Source of the DNA: a virus | Lineage: Duplodnaviria > Caudoviricetes | Reading direction: 5' to 3' (one strand) | Length of the DNA: 25,159 nucleotides | IMG/VR virus record: IMGVR_UViG_3300044267_003362 | Span: 1 to 25,159 of that record | Shown here: positions 8,039-16,261 of the stretch, piece by piece | How the letters are laid out: the number at the start of each line of letters is the position of its first letter | Position numbering within the stretch: position 1 is the first letter of the stretch | Notes under the pieces: generated by a model | What the model was told of the DNA's origin: nothing | Database searches by the model: none | The model's input: the letters and a program-made list of their open reading frames with translations, nothing else | Position numbers and translations under genes: made by a program

Positions 8039-10089
8039 TATTGTGCAACCTTTTTATTTTTTATCATCCAAGGCCAAGTTCTAGTTGTTGTACCTTGAAC
8101 ACTAAATGTAAGTTTATTATCGCCACTAGATCTATATGCAATTTGAGTATAAGTTGGGCCGTCCTGTTGAAAGTCATTTAATACATATACACTATTATTT
8201 GTATATCCTGCAGATTGTGCGTTTGATTCAATTATTAGGCCTGGAATATTCTTTGACTTGAATTCATCTAGTATACTTGACTTTTTCTCTCTAAATTCTG
8301 CTCCTGAAAATAAATAACTATATGCTCCACTTCCGTCATTGCTCATATAAACCTTATATATTGGAAGATTTGTTGAGCCAAAGTGCATTTCTTTTTCCAG
8401 TTCAACAAAATCTTCTAAAATCTTAGAGGCAGTTTTTATATTACCAGACTGTCCACCCATCATTGTCTTCATTGTATCATAAGCCAAATAATTTACCATA
8501 AACTTTATTACAGTATTCGCACCTGGATTCCCTTTTGGAAGTTGTCCTGGAAAAGGGGGAGTAGAGCTAGGTGTTTTTGTTGTTCCATCACTAGGACTCA
8601 CCTTTATGGCATTATAAGCCTTTATTGCATGGCCTACAACATCTTTATATCTTTTTTGATTTCCTTTATGATATTCAGATGTGACAGCCTTTGAAAATGT
8701 CCAAGCATTTAATTGTGGCTTTTTGGCTTCTTCTAATTTTAACCCTTTACCTAGCTTTTTTATTAAAACATCTGCGGGTTTGGTACTAGTCTTCTTAAGT
8801 GAGGATATAATTGATGAACCTATTCCCTTTAGTCTACCTCTTATAGCTGATATTGTTGATTGAAATTTATCTTTTAAGTATTTCAAACCTTTTTGAAAAT
8901 AGTCTTTTAGGCCCTCATTTAATAAAAATTCACTATTTTCATACTTACCAATATCCTCAAACATGAAAGCAACACCTGCACTCCATTTTGGCAGACCATA
9001 TCTTGCCTTAACTAATCCTGTAATTCTACCTAATTGTGCACCAGCTGCAGATTTTTTATTACTTATTTGCCAGAATATATCTCCTGAATCTGTTGTACAT
9101 TTTCCATCACCTGTATATTTTACATCATCACTTTCTATATTTTTTATTAATGAGTCTGGTGAGCCTTTAACAATAATACAGTCTGGTGTTGGCACCTTTC
9201 CTCCAGCTTTTGCATCACCTAATTTTGGATTTTTATTATGAGCATTATAATATGAATCAATTTTTTTATGAATAAAATTCCAACCTAAACAACCTTTATC
9301 TGATGCAAATTTATATAGGCCATTTGCTAATTCAAGTGCCATAATTAAATCGGGAATGCTTTTTTCTATACCAGTAGCTACTGAACCTCCTGCCCTCATT
9401 TCACCATTTGATAATGCAGACTTCATAGCCTTTATTGCTTCTTTTTGAGCTTTTGCAGCAACAGTTTCATTTCCACTTAATAAGGAATTAATATATGGTT
9501 GAGGGTTAAATGATAAACCTGCTAATGCTGCAGATTCCAGTGTTGTATCCTTCCACTTTACACCGGCCTCCTCGCTTTTATAATGATTAAATTTACCACC
9601 AATTCCATCAGGACTTCCAACTATTTTATATATATTTCCTGAATCATCTTTTAAGCATACCTCGTCTTTTCCAGAACCTATTGTTGCAGTCCTTTCCTCT
9701 GGTACATCTTGCAGCTTTACCTTAGTTAATATTTTTGGTGTTGTTCCAAATCTTTTTTGCCACCACTTAACAGCATTAACCTTTGCTGAATCTTTAAGTG
9801 TCACTTGATGTCCAACTGTATACTTGGCTAAAGATATTGAAGCCTCTGTAATTAGCTCTTCTTCACTTAAAATCTTTCCAATCTCTACACAGAACCTTTG
9901 AAAATCTTCTATTTCGCTATTAGGATTTTTTATATTATGTATTATACTATTTGCTTCACCATTTGTATACCCAAAATCACAAAGCACCTCAGATAATACT
10001 CTTAAATGTTGTTTATTATTTGAGTCTGGACATCCATTTTTGACTCTATATGCCCACTCATTTACTATTTTACTAATACTAAATTTCAT
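8038..10089 (-). CDS. Large hypothetical protein, probable head-internal (virion) protein with a PD-(D/E)XK-like motif; start likely ATG at 10089 rather than 10146
   Basis: ATG at 10089 (MKFSISKIVNEWAYRV) overlaps the end of the upstream 67-aa ORF by 11 nt, matching local gene packing. Contains ITEA, LNEG and LEEA sites and TPDCIIV...WQISNKK. Confidence 0.6.
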   Translation of the reverse strand: MKFSISKIVNEWAYRVKNGCPDSNNKQHLRVLSEVLCDFGYTNGEANSIIHNIKNPNSEIEDFQRFCVEIGKILSEEELITEASISLAKYTVGHQVTLKDSAKVNAVKWWQKRFGTTPKILTKVKLQDVPEERTATIGSGKDEVCLKDDSGNIYKIVGSPDGIGGKFNHYKSEEAGVKWKDTTLESAALAGLSFNPQPYINSLLSGNETVAAKAQKEAIKAMKSALSNGEMRAGGSVATGIEKSIPDLIMALELANGLYKFASDKGCLGWNFIHKKIDSYYNAHNKNPKLGDAKAGGKVPTPDCIIVKGSPDSLIKNIESDDVKYTGDGKCTTDSGDIFWQISNKKSAAGAQLGRITGLVKARYGLPKWSAGVAFMFEDIGKYENSEFLLNEGLKDYFQKGLKYLKDKFQSTISAIRGRLKGIGSSIISSLKKTSTKPADVLIKKLGKGLKLEEAKKPQLNAWTFSKAVTSEYHKGNQKRYKDVVGHAIKAYNAIKVSPSDGTTKTPSSTPPFPGQLPKGNPGANTVIKFMVNYLAYDTMKTMMGGQSGNIKTASKILEDFVELEKEMHFGSTNLPIYKVYMSNDGSGAYSYLFSGAEFREKKSSILDEFKSKNIPGLIIESNAQSAGYTNNSVYVLNDFQQDGPTYTQIAYRSSGDNKLTFSVQGTTTRTWPWMIKNKKVAQ

Positions 10090-10282
10090 ATGATTCCACT
10101 TGTCCGAAAGCCCATTCGTAAGCATCTTGTGCAGTTCTAAATTCACCTCTTGTTAGTTCTGCAATCCATTTGCCATTCTTTCTCTTATAAATAGCAACTA
10201 TCCATTCATTATCGTGCGTATCTATTGAAGGGCTAACTTCAATCCAAAGCTTATCTTTTAATATATTGAATAACTTCTCCAT
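10079..10282 (-). CDS. Hypothetical protein, 67 aa
   Basis: TAATG overlap with the polymerase stop; GATATTTATA motif 4 nt upstream; Trp-rich, protein-like sequence. Confidence 0.7.
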   Translation of the reverse strand: MEKLFNILKDKLWIEVSPSIDTHDNEWIVAIYKRKNGKWIAELTRGEFRTAQDAYEWAFGQVESYEI

Positions 10283-11316
10283 TAAATATAAATATCAGAC
10301 AAACTTCCGTAATTATTACCTATAGTGGTTTTTACTGGATACAACATTGCCTTTTCTACCTCCTTAATTCTTGATAGTTCATCTGGATGCATGTCAAAAA
10401 CTAGTGCATCATAGATATAAAGAACTATTTTAGATTTATTAATTATATTAGAAACAGCATCTATCCTTAGAGTATTAAACTCTGTCTCATATGCCTGTAT
10501 TATATAGTTAAAAAGTTTTTGTGGAGTCATCTTACCTAGATTACTTTTATAAAACCTTTTACCTCTTGGTGTTTCTATATAACCTGATTTATTATAAATA
10601 TCCCAATACCTAAAAATTAGGTCGTTTATAAGTGAAAAGTACTCTATATGTTTATATTCATCTGGCAATCCCCCATATAAGATTCTAAATGTTATCTTTT
10701 TAGACTCTCCATATTGCTCATCTGTTAGTCTATCTGTATTAAAGTATTGCTTTCCTAAATACTTATGAAAACTCTCTTTTGGTGCCTTATAGTCTATAAG
10801 CTCTGCAATTAGTCGTAGATGAAATGCATCATAGTCCATCTCAACTATACTTCCACCTTTGAATCTAGATACGTATTTATCTCTTGTTCCGTCTTCTTTG
10901 TTTAGTGCTGCATAGTTTATTCCATTATTACTATTTGACGGTCTTCCAGTAGTTGTAAATAAATTAAATCTTGTCTTTTCATATTCACCATTAATCGTAT
11001 ATAGCTTATTATTCTCTATACTTCTAAATGTAGGTATTATATTATCCTTATAAAAATTAAAGATTTCGGTAGCAGCTACATCGGTATTATATAACTCATC
11101 ATACTTATCGTTCAACAGAGACAATCTCTCTATGTGCTTTGTACGTGGAATTATCATATCAAGGTCATTTCTATTAGGATACAATCTTTTGTAAAAATTG
11201 TGTGCATTTGTTGTTATTGATTCTATATCAATATTTGTATTATATTGTAGATAATATAATAGTGAGATTCTATCTTCAAGCTCAACACACCTGCTAATAA
11301 TGTCTTTTATAACCAT
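10282..11316 (-). CDS. Short, divergent family A DNA polymerase (palm/fingers only, no recognisable exonuclease domains)
   Basis: TTTGRPSN (TGRLSS), motif A EMDYDAFHLR, SFH, motif B SKKITFRILYG, NYIIQ, motif C LYIYDALVFD. Confidence 0.85.
   Translation of the reverse strand: MVIKDIISRCVELEDRISLLYYLQYNTNIDIESITTNAHNFYKRLYPNRNDLDMIIPRTKHIERLSLLNDKYDELYNTDVAATEIFNFYKDNIIPTFRSIENNKLYTINGEYEKTRFNLFTTTGRPSNSNNGINYAALNKEDGTRDKYVSRFKGGSIVEMDYDAFHLRLIAELIDYKAPKESFHKYLGKQYFNTDRLTDEQYGESKKITFRILYGGLPDEYKHIEYFSLINDLIFRYWDIYNKSGYIETPRGKRFYKSNLGKMTPQKLFNYIIQAYETEFNTLRIDAVSNIINKSKIVLYIYDALVFDMHPDELSRIKEVEKAMLYPVKTTIGNNYGSLSDIYI
10287..10296 (-). promoter_or_regulatory. GATATTTATA motif (putative late promoter) within the last codons of the polymerase gene
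   Basis: Exact motif just upstream of the 67-aa, ~683-aa and 133-aa gene group. Confidence 0.55.
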
Positions 11317-11321
11317 GCTTA

Positions 11322-11351
11322 TAATATAATAAAAAATTCCTAATAAAAAAA
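11322..11351 (-). promoter_or_regulatory. Putative promoter TTTT-N19-TATATTA immediately upstream of the polymerase ATG (possibly leaderless)
   Basis: Coding strand GGAATTTTTTATTATATTATAAGCATG, same geometry as at uvsE. Confidence 0.55.
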
Positions 11352-11352
11352 A

Positions 11353-12192
11353 TTAGTAGCCAGAAGTATTGCCTGTTTGCATTGTATTAGTGCCACTACT
11401 TGGAGTATTATTTTTCATTGTTGATGTTCCAGCTATTGGTAATAATATATCATGAGCATCTGCTGTGTGTACCCTACCAACCATTGGACCTAATCTTGAG
11501 TGTATATGATAATAGCCAATATATTCATCTCCATTTGGCCTTTTATATTCTCTTCCAGATGTATATAAGTTTGATTCTACTGAGCCATCTCCTTCAATTG
11601 TAAACCTTTTATAATCTCCATTTATATACCTAGTTATTCCAGGAAGCTCTTTATCCGTTTTTAGTGTATATCTTTTATTTATCTTTTCAATATCTGCATT
11701 TAACTCACCAACCTCTGCAGATTGTATTCTGCTAAGTAGGGTTGCATTTGCTGTATTTGGATTTAAGTCTATTTTTTGTGGAGATAAATACCACTTCATT
11801 GCTCTTGTTTGATATAGACCTTTAGCTTTTGCCGTTGATTCTCTAAGCTTTAGAAATTCTTTTTTATTTACTTCAATTGGTAAATCATCATACCTTTTTA
11901 TAAAGTATCTAACAAACCAACCTTTCTCGTAGTCTTTTTGTGTGGGTGCTATTGGCTCAGTATCTATTCTAAATTTACACATCACATCAACATCAACACC
12001 TTGTAAATTACTATAGTCAAATGTATCACTTGTCATTGCGTAGCCTGTAAATTCGTGTTTATCTACTAGTTCATCATATAAATCACTTTCAGTTAGATTA
12101 CCGTCTTCTAATGCTTTTTCAAGTATTTCATCAGTATCTGGATTTGAATCTGTTGTTGGTAGTTTTTCTCTTAATCTATTTTCAAATGCCAT
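11353..12192 (-). CDS. Hypothetical protein, probably tail/baseplate-associated
   Basis: Last gene of the tail module; AGGAGA RBS at 12198-12203; motifs PTQKDYEKGWFVRYF and LYTSGREY...YIGYYHIH...GPMVG..H. Confidence 0.7.
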   Translation of the reverse strand: MAFENRLREKLPTTDSNPDTDEILEKALEDGNLTESDLYDELVDKHEFTGYAMTSDTFDYSNLQGVDVDVMCKFRIDTEPIAPTQKDYEKGWFVRYFIKRYDDLPIEVNKKEFLKLRESTAKAKGLYQTRAMKWYLSPQKIDLNPNTANATLLSRIQSAEVGELNADIEKINKRYTLKTDKELPGITRYINGDYKRFTIEGDGSVESNLYTSGREYKRPNGDEYIGYYHIHSRLGPMVGRVHTADAHDILLPIAGTSTMKNNTPSSGTNTMQTGNTSGY

Positions 12193-12201
12193 AATTATCT
12201 C

Positions 12202-15200
12202 CTAAGAAGTTGCTACAATTTCCATATTACCTTCATCTATCAATGCAAGGTCAATTATTTCATATTTACCCGATCCGCCTAGTGATTTTGGATTTCTATG
12301 TAATTCAGTCCTCCATTGCTGAAAGTCTGGGTCATTTAAGAATACTTGACATCCGTGCGAAAAGTTTCCTACTCTACCACTATGTGGTTTCTTATTAGAC
12401 CTATGTATATTTATTGACTTAGGAACATCTTCAAGAGTTGATGATGCTAAATCATGGATTAAATCTTTATTTCCATCTCTATATACTTGCAAGATTCCAG
12501 GTGGGTCTCTTTTTTCTGACCTATGTGCACCTGCCCTATAAGTTTCACTTTTTCCTCCGTGGCTACCGTGAACGTGAGCTTTCCAAAACCCTGCCTTAAG
12601 TATTGCCCATCCTGGCTTCTTTTGACCTGCCTTTGGATGACCTTTTGGATATGTATAGGGTACATCCGTTTTTAGTGGCTTAAGGCCTGGTAATGTTGTA
12701 CAAGGAAATGCCTTAAATATTTCATTTCCATCCTCTTTATATGCCAAACAAAACCAGTCAATATAACCCATATATCCCTTTCCTACTCCTTCTGGCTTTC
12801 CACTTCTTTCGAGGTCTGCTATTCTTATTGCTGCAGAATTTACAAATCCATCTTCCTTAAACGGATAGTTTAATTTTTTATAGGTTGCCTTTAATGAAGC
12901 ATAATTTAGGTATTCACTTGCTAAACCTTTGGCCTTTGGTGGTTTGTAGTCACCTACAGGTGTTGTACCAGTACTTTGTTTTCTTTCTACTGGGTCAACA
13001 TCAATTATCCTTTTTGATTTTTTTGGTATTACTTCATTTGTTTGGCGCATTAGACACTCAACTGATGTTTTCCAAGCTTCTCTGTCTATTTTATGATTAA
13101 CCTTTGATACTTGAAATAATGTTTGACCTGCATATCTATCTGGAAGAACACCTCCTTCACCCTGTGGTGCTAATGAAATAGCATTACCCATATAAAAGCC
13201 AGATATACCTTCTATATCAAATGATAGCTCCATTGGTAAAAGTGTTGTTTGTAAACCTGCCTCTGCACCAAACATCATTTCAGATTTTATATACTCCTTC
13301 ATGGTATCTGCACAAGATTGTCTATCTTCTGTTGCGCCAGTTATTATCATATACCAATAATTATAACAAAAGTTTTTATACTTAAAGTCTGGTGGTATTG
13401 CACCTGAAACTCCCATGATTTCTAATTGCTTTCTATAGTCTTCCCATTCATCTATAGATAGAGCAAATACAGCTGATTTGCCAGACTCCTCAACCTTTTT
13501 TTCGTACTCTTCTTTTTTCTTTTTTGCCTTTTTATATTTTTTTAATTGTTCAGCATTTTCACCTCCAGCACCATCTACCCACTCCTCTTTTGCTTGCATA
13601 GTAAACCTATCTTGTACTCCTACTCCATACAACTTAAATATTGCACTATCTTCATTTCCTGTATTTTCTGGTTCTGTTGCACACATTGCACACATTGCTG
13701 CATTTTTAATTGCATCTGGTAATTTTGATGTTAATTGTAAGCCAGTAATTATAGTAGAAACATTATTTGCTGTTAACTGGTATGTCTTTACTCCATTCTT
13801 TTCTTGCCTTGCTAAACCTTCTGCCATATTATTATCTGTTACTTGTATTAGTCCATTGTCATTTGGATTTGCCCTAATACTAAAGTCCCAAACATTACCA
13901 CATGCATTATTTATACCATCTAAAAGGCCCTTTACAAAGCCTTCTAGTGTAGGATTGTTTCTATATGTCTCTTTTACAAACTTTGTATTTACCATTATAT
14001 TTCTTATGTATCCTGCAGTATGAGATTTATCTGTTGCGAATACATCTAACATCTTATTTTTATATGACCATTGATAGAAAGACCTCGCACCTGTATCATC
14101 TTGTCTATATGTATCGCATCCAGTTGCAACACCAAATGTTGGTGAGTTTGTAGTTACTCCAGACTTACTTCTACTTCTACCATAGTTAATTGCCCAATAC
14201 ATAAAGTCTCCAGCAGTAAACCAGTTATAACTTTTTTCCTTATTTACATCTGGACACCAATTATCAACAATATTCTTCGCCTCCTCATGAGAGCAAGGCA
14301 TACCAGACTGTCCTGGTAGGAAACAGACATCTGGATTTGTAGACCTAAGATGGGGGTGATTAATGCACATATTACTTAAAAATCTTTTTGTTTTCATGCC
14401 TTTTGACAGACCTCTGTGTGAGTGGTCATAATCACCGTAACTAGTATTTGTTGAAGAGTCTCCCATTTCAATAGGAAATACTTCATGTGTGCTGCTTATA
14501 CCTACCACTGGATTTCCTTCACCATTTTTAGGTAAACCTGCAAGATTAATTATTACATCTTCAATAAATCTCCAGCTTACAAATGTTCCTAACTTTTCTG
14601 ATTGCCATTGAGGGTCTGCAACCTCACCATCTTTTGACATTCCAGCTTGATAACCATAAGCTATGCCACAAAATGATTGACCGTGTTCTACACATGTAAA
14701 AGGGCCTCTCATTATTGTTCTATCAGCTTTTGATATTTTACTCCAATAACCACCCCCTGCAGACTTAGCAGCTTTTGTTGTTAATATAGGCCTTAAAGAT
14801 AGCTTTTGGAATTGGTCTTCGTTATCTGGCTGTTCCGCTCCACCTAAACCTTTCATTGTCTTCCCAAAAGAGAACATCATACCCTCCTTAGCATAATCAG
14901 CAATATCTATTGTAGATTGCTTAGTTACTGAGCTACCATCAAAGTCCCAAGTTCCAGTATCACCTCCTTCTACCTCCCAAGTTCCCTTTCCACTTGAATT
15001 TTCTACTAGGAAGAGTATACCTTCAACATCAGATATTTTTTGCTCTTCACTTTCCTCTACGTTTGAATCTCCTGGACCCCACGGCCAATCCCAACCATCT
15101 GTAAATGTATTTGTCGTAGTTATTATACTAGCAGATAATACTGCAGTATCCATTGGCATTGTTAAAAGCATTCCGTTTGTACTTGTTACTTCTACTTCAA

Positions 15201-15918
15201 TATCATATGCACCAGCTTCATCTATAGACCAATTAAATTTTGTAATAAGCCCGATTAAAGCATCATATCTTCCAGGCTTATTTCTATCAGTTCCTAATTC
15301 TGGAACATCGTCATATAATGTTTTTACTCCTAGAACCCTTTTACAAATATCTAATTGAATATCCATCTCACCACTTCCGTGGTTATATTTATCGTCCCAA
15401 AGGTTAATTGGGTCTCCATCATATGTACTCCAGCCCCATTGTACTAATACTCTTAGTCCTGGTACCATATAATATTTTTCTATCTTTGCAAGGTCTTGTG
15501 CTGTAAAGCATTTTAACTTTATCTTTCCGTATCTAATTGAACCTAAACCACCTTTTGCGTCTATATCTAAGCTAACAACACCTGCCTTTGGTAAGCCCCT
15601 GGTCTTTCCACCATAATACATATAGTTTCCCATACCTTTTGGGCCTTCAGTATCAGTAGTTACATCAGTCCTTTTGCCAGCCATCTTCGTTGAAGATACT
15701 GCTTCCCAATCTCCTCTTAGTTCATAGTTTTTACCATTTTGTCCACCAACAACTGCATTTGATGATATACTTACCCAAGGTGTCCTACCATGCATTTCTT
15801 TTATAATTTCTGATGTCTTATCATTTTTGTTCGCACTTTCATACTTTTCAATTAATTGAGAAATATTTGGGTGTAATGGGTCTAAAGATATACCCCTTGT
15901 ACTTGGTGATTGTGCCAT
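12202..15918 (-). CDS. Baseplate hub protein (gp27/gpD-like) with a C-terminal L,D-transpeptidase-fold cysteine peptidase domain
   Basis: Follows the LysM/gp53-like gene. Hub-type motifs PGLRVLVQWGW, GLITKFNWSI, FDIEGISG, FQVSKVNHKI....WKT. C-terminal INIH-X14-SHGCQV. Confidence 0.7.
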   Translation of the reverse strand: MAQSPSTRGISLDPLHPNISQLIEKYESANKNDKTSEIIKEMHGRTPWVSISSNAVVGGQNGKNYELRGDWEAVSSTKMAGKRTDVTTDTEGPKGMGNYMYYGGKTRGLPKAGVVSLDIDAKGGLGSIRYGKIKLKCFTAQDLAKIEKYYMVPGLRVLVQWGWSTYDGDPINLWDDKYNHGSGEMDIQLDICKRVLGVKTLYDDVPELGTDRNKPGRYDALIGLITKFNWSIDEAGAYDIEVEVTSTNGMLLTMPMDTAVLSASIITTTNTFTDGWDWPWGPGDSNVEESEEQKISDVEGILFLVENSSGKGTWEVEGGDTGTWDFDGSSVTKQSTIDIADYAKEGMMFSFGKTMKGLGGAEQPDNEDQFQKLSLRPILTTKAAKSAGGGYWSKISKADRTIMRGPFTCVEHGQSFCGIAYGYQAGMSKDGEVADPQWQSEKLGTFVSWRFIEDVIINLAGLPKNGEGNPVVGISSTHEVFPIEMGDSSTNTSYGDYDHSHRGLSKGMKTKRFLSNMCINHPHLRSTNPDVCFLPGQSGMPCSHEEAKNIVDNWCPDVNKEKSYNWFTAGDFMYWAINYGRSRSKSGVTTNSPTFGVATGCDTYRQDDTGARSFYQWSYKNKMLDVFATDKSHTAGYIRNIMVNTKFVKETYRNNPTLEGFVKGLLDGINNACGNVWDFSIRANPNDNGLIQVTDNNMAEGLARQEKNGVKTYQLTANNVSTIITGLQLTSKLPDAIKNAAMCAMCATEPENTGNEDSAIFKLYGVGVQDRFTMQAKEEWVDGAGGENAEQLKKYKKAKKKKEEYEKKVEESGKSAVFALSIDEWEDYRKQLEIMGVSGAIPPDFKYKNFCYNYWYMIITGATEDRQSCADTMKEYIKSEMMFGAEAGLQTTLLPMELSFDIEGISGFYMGNAISLAPQGEGGVLPDRYAGQTLFQVSKVNHKIDREAWKTSVECLMRQTNEVIPKKSKRIIDVDPVERKQSTGTTPVGDYKPPKAKGLASEYLNYASLKATYKKLNYPFKEDGFVNSAAIRIADLERSGKPEGVGKGYMGYIDWFCLAYKEDGNEIFKAFPCTTLPGLKPLKTDVPYTYPKGHPKAGQKKPGWAILKAGFWKAHVHGSHGGKSETYRAGAHRSEKRDPPGILQVYRDGNKDLIHDLASSTLEDVPKSINIHRSNKKPHSGRVGNFSHGCQVFLNDPDFQQWRTELHRNPKSLGGSGKYEIIDLALIDEGNMEIVATS

Positions 15919-16259
15919 TAATAACCTCCTAGTCCAGTTGGAAGACCTCCTGCATCTTTTCCTTTTATGTCAAATGTTGACTTGTCTGCCGACTTAAGAA
16001 AATCATTTACATTACTAGGTATTCTTATTCTTTTTCCCATAGGTATTACAATAGAACCGTTTACAAAATCATTAGCTACTGCAATTACCCACCAAAGGCT
16101 TCTATCACCATAATATCTATTAGCCAATAAATCTAGTCTATCATACTTTTTTGCAATTATCCATACATCATTATTTGTTGCAGGTGCTGCTTGAAAGTGT
16201 GTAGTCTCATAATGACCACTGCCTTTTATTGTCTTTGCTGTTATTGAATGTCTATTCAT
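15918..16259 (-). CDS. Baseplate LysM-like protein (T4 gp53 / P2 gpX-like)
   Basis: YDRLDLLANRYYGDRSLWWVIAVAN...G.RIRIP signature; canonical position after the tube initiator. Confidence 0.85.
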   Translation of the reverse strand: MNRHSITAKTIKGSGHYETTHFQAAPATNNDVWIIAKKYDRLDLLANRYYGDRSLWWVIAVANDFVNGSIVIPMGKRIRIPSNVNDFLKSADKSTFDIKGKDAGGLPTGLGGY

Positions 16260-16261
16260 AA

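Noticed and set aside
10090-10146. N-terminal 19 codons (MNLELHKM...) of the 702-aa ORF call
   Set aside because: They overlap the 67-aa ORF extensively; ATG at 10089 gives the short overlap typical of this genome.
10593-10602. GATATTTATA inside the polymerase gene
   Set aside because: Encodes WDIYN, is far from any start codon, and is plausible by chance in AT-rich DNA.
6897-12665. Short alternative-frame minus-strand ORFs 6897-7085 and 12459-12665
   Set aside because: Fully nested in uvsE and the hub gene, with no RBS or recognisable motif.
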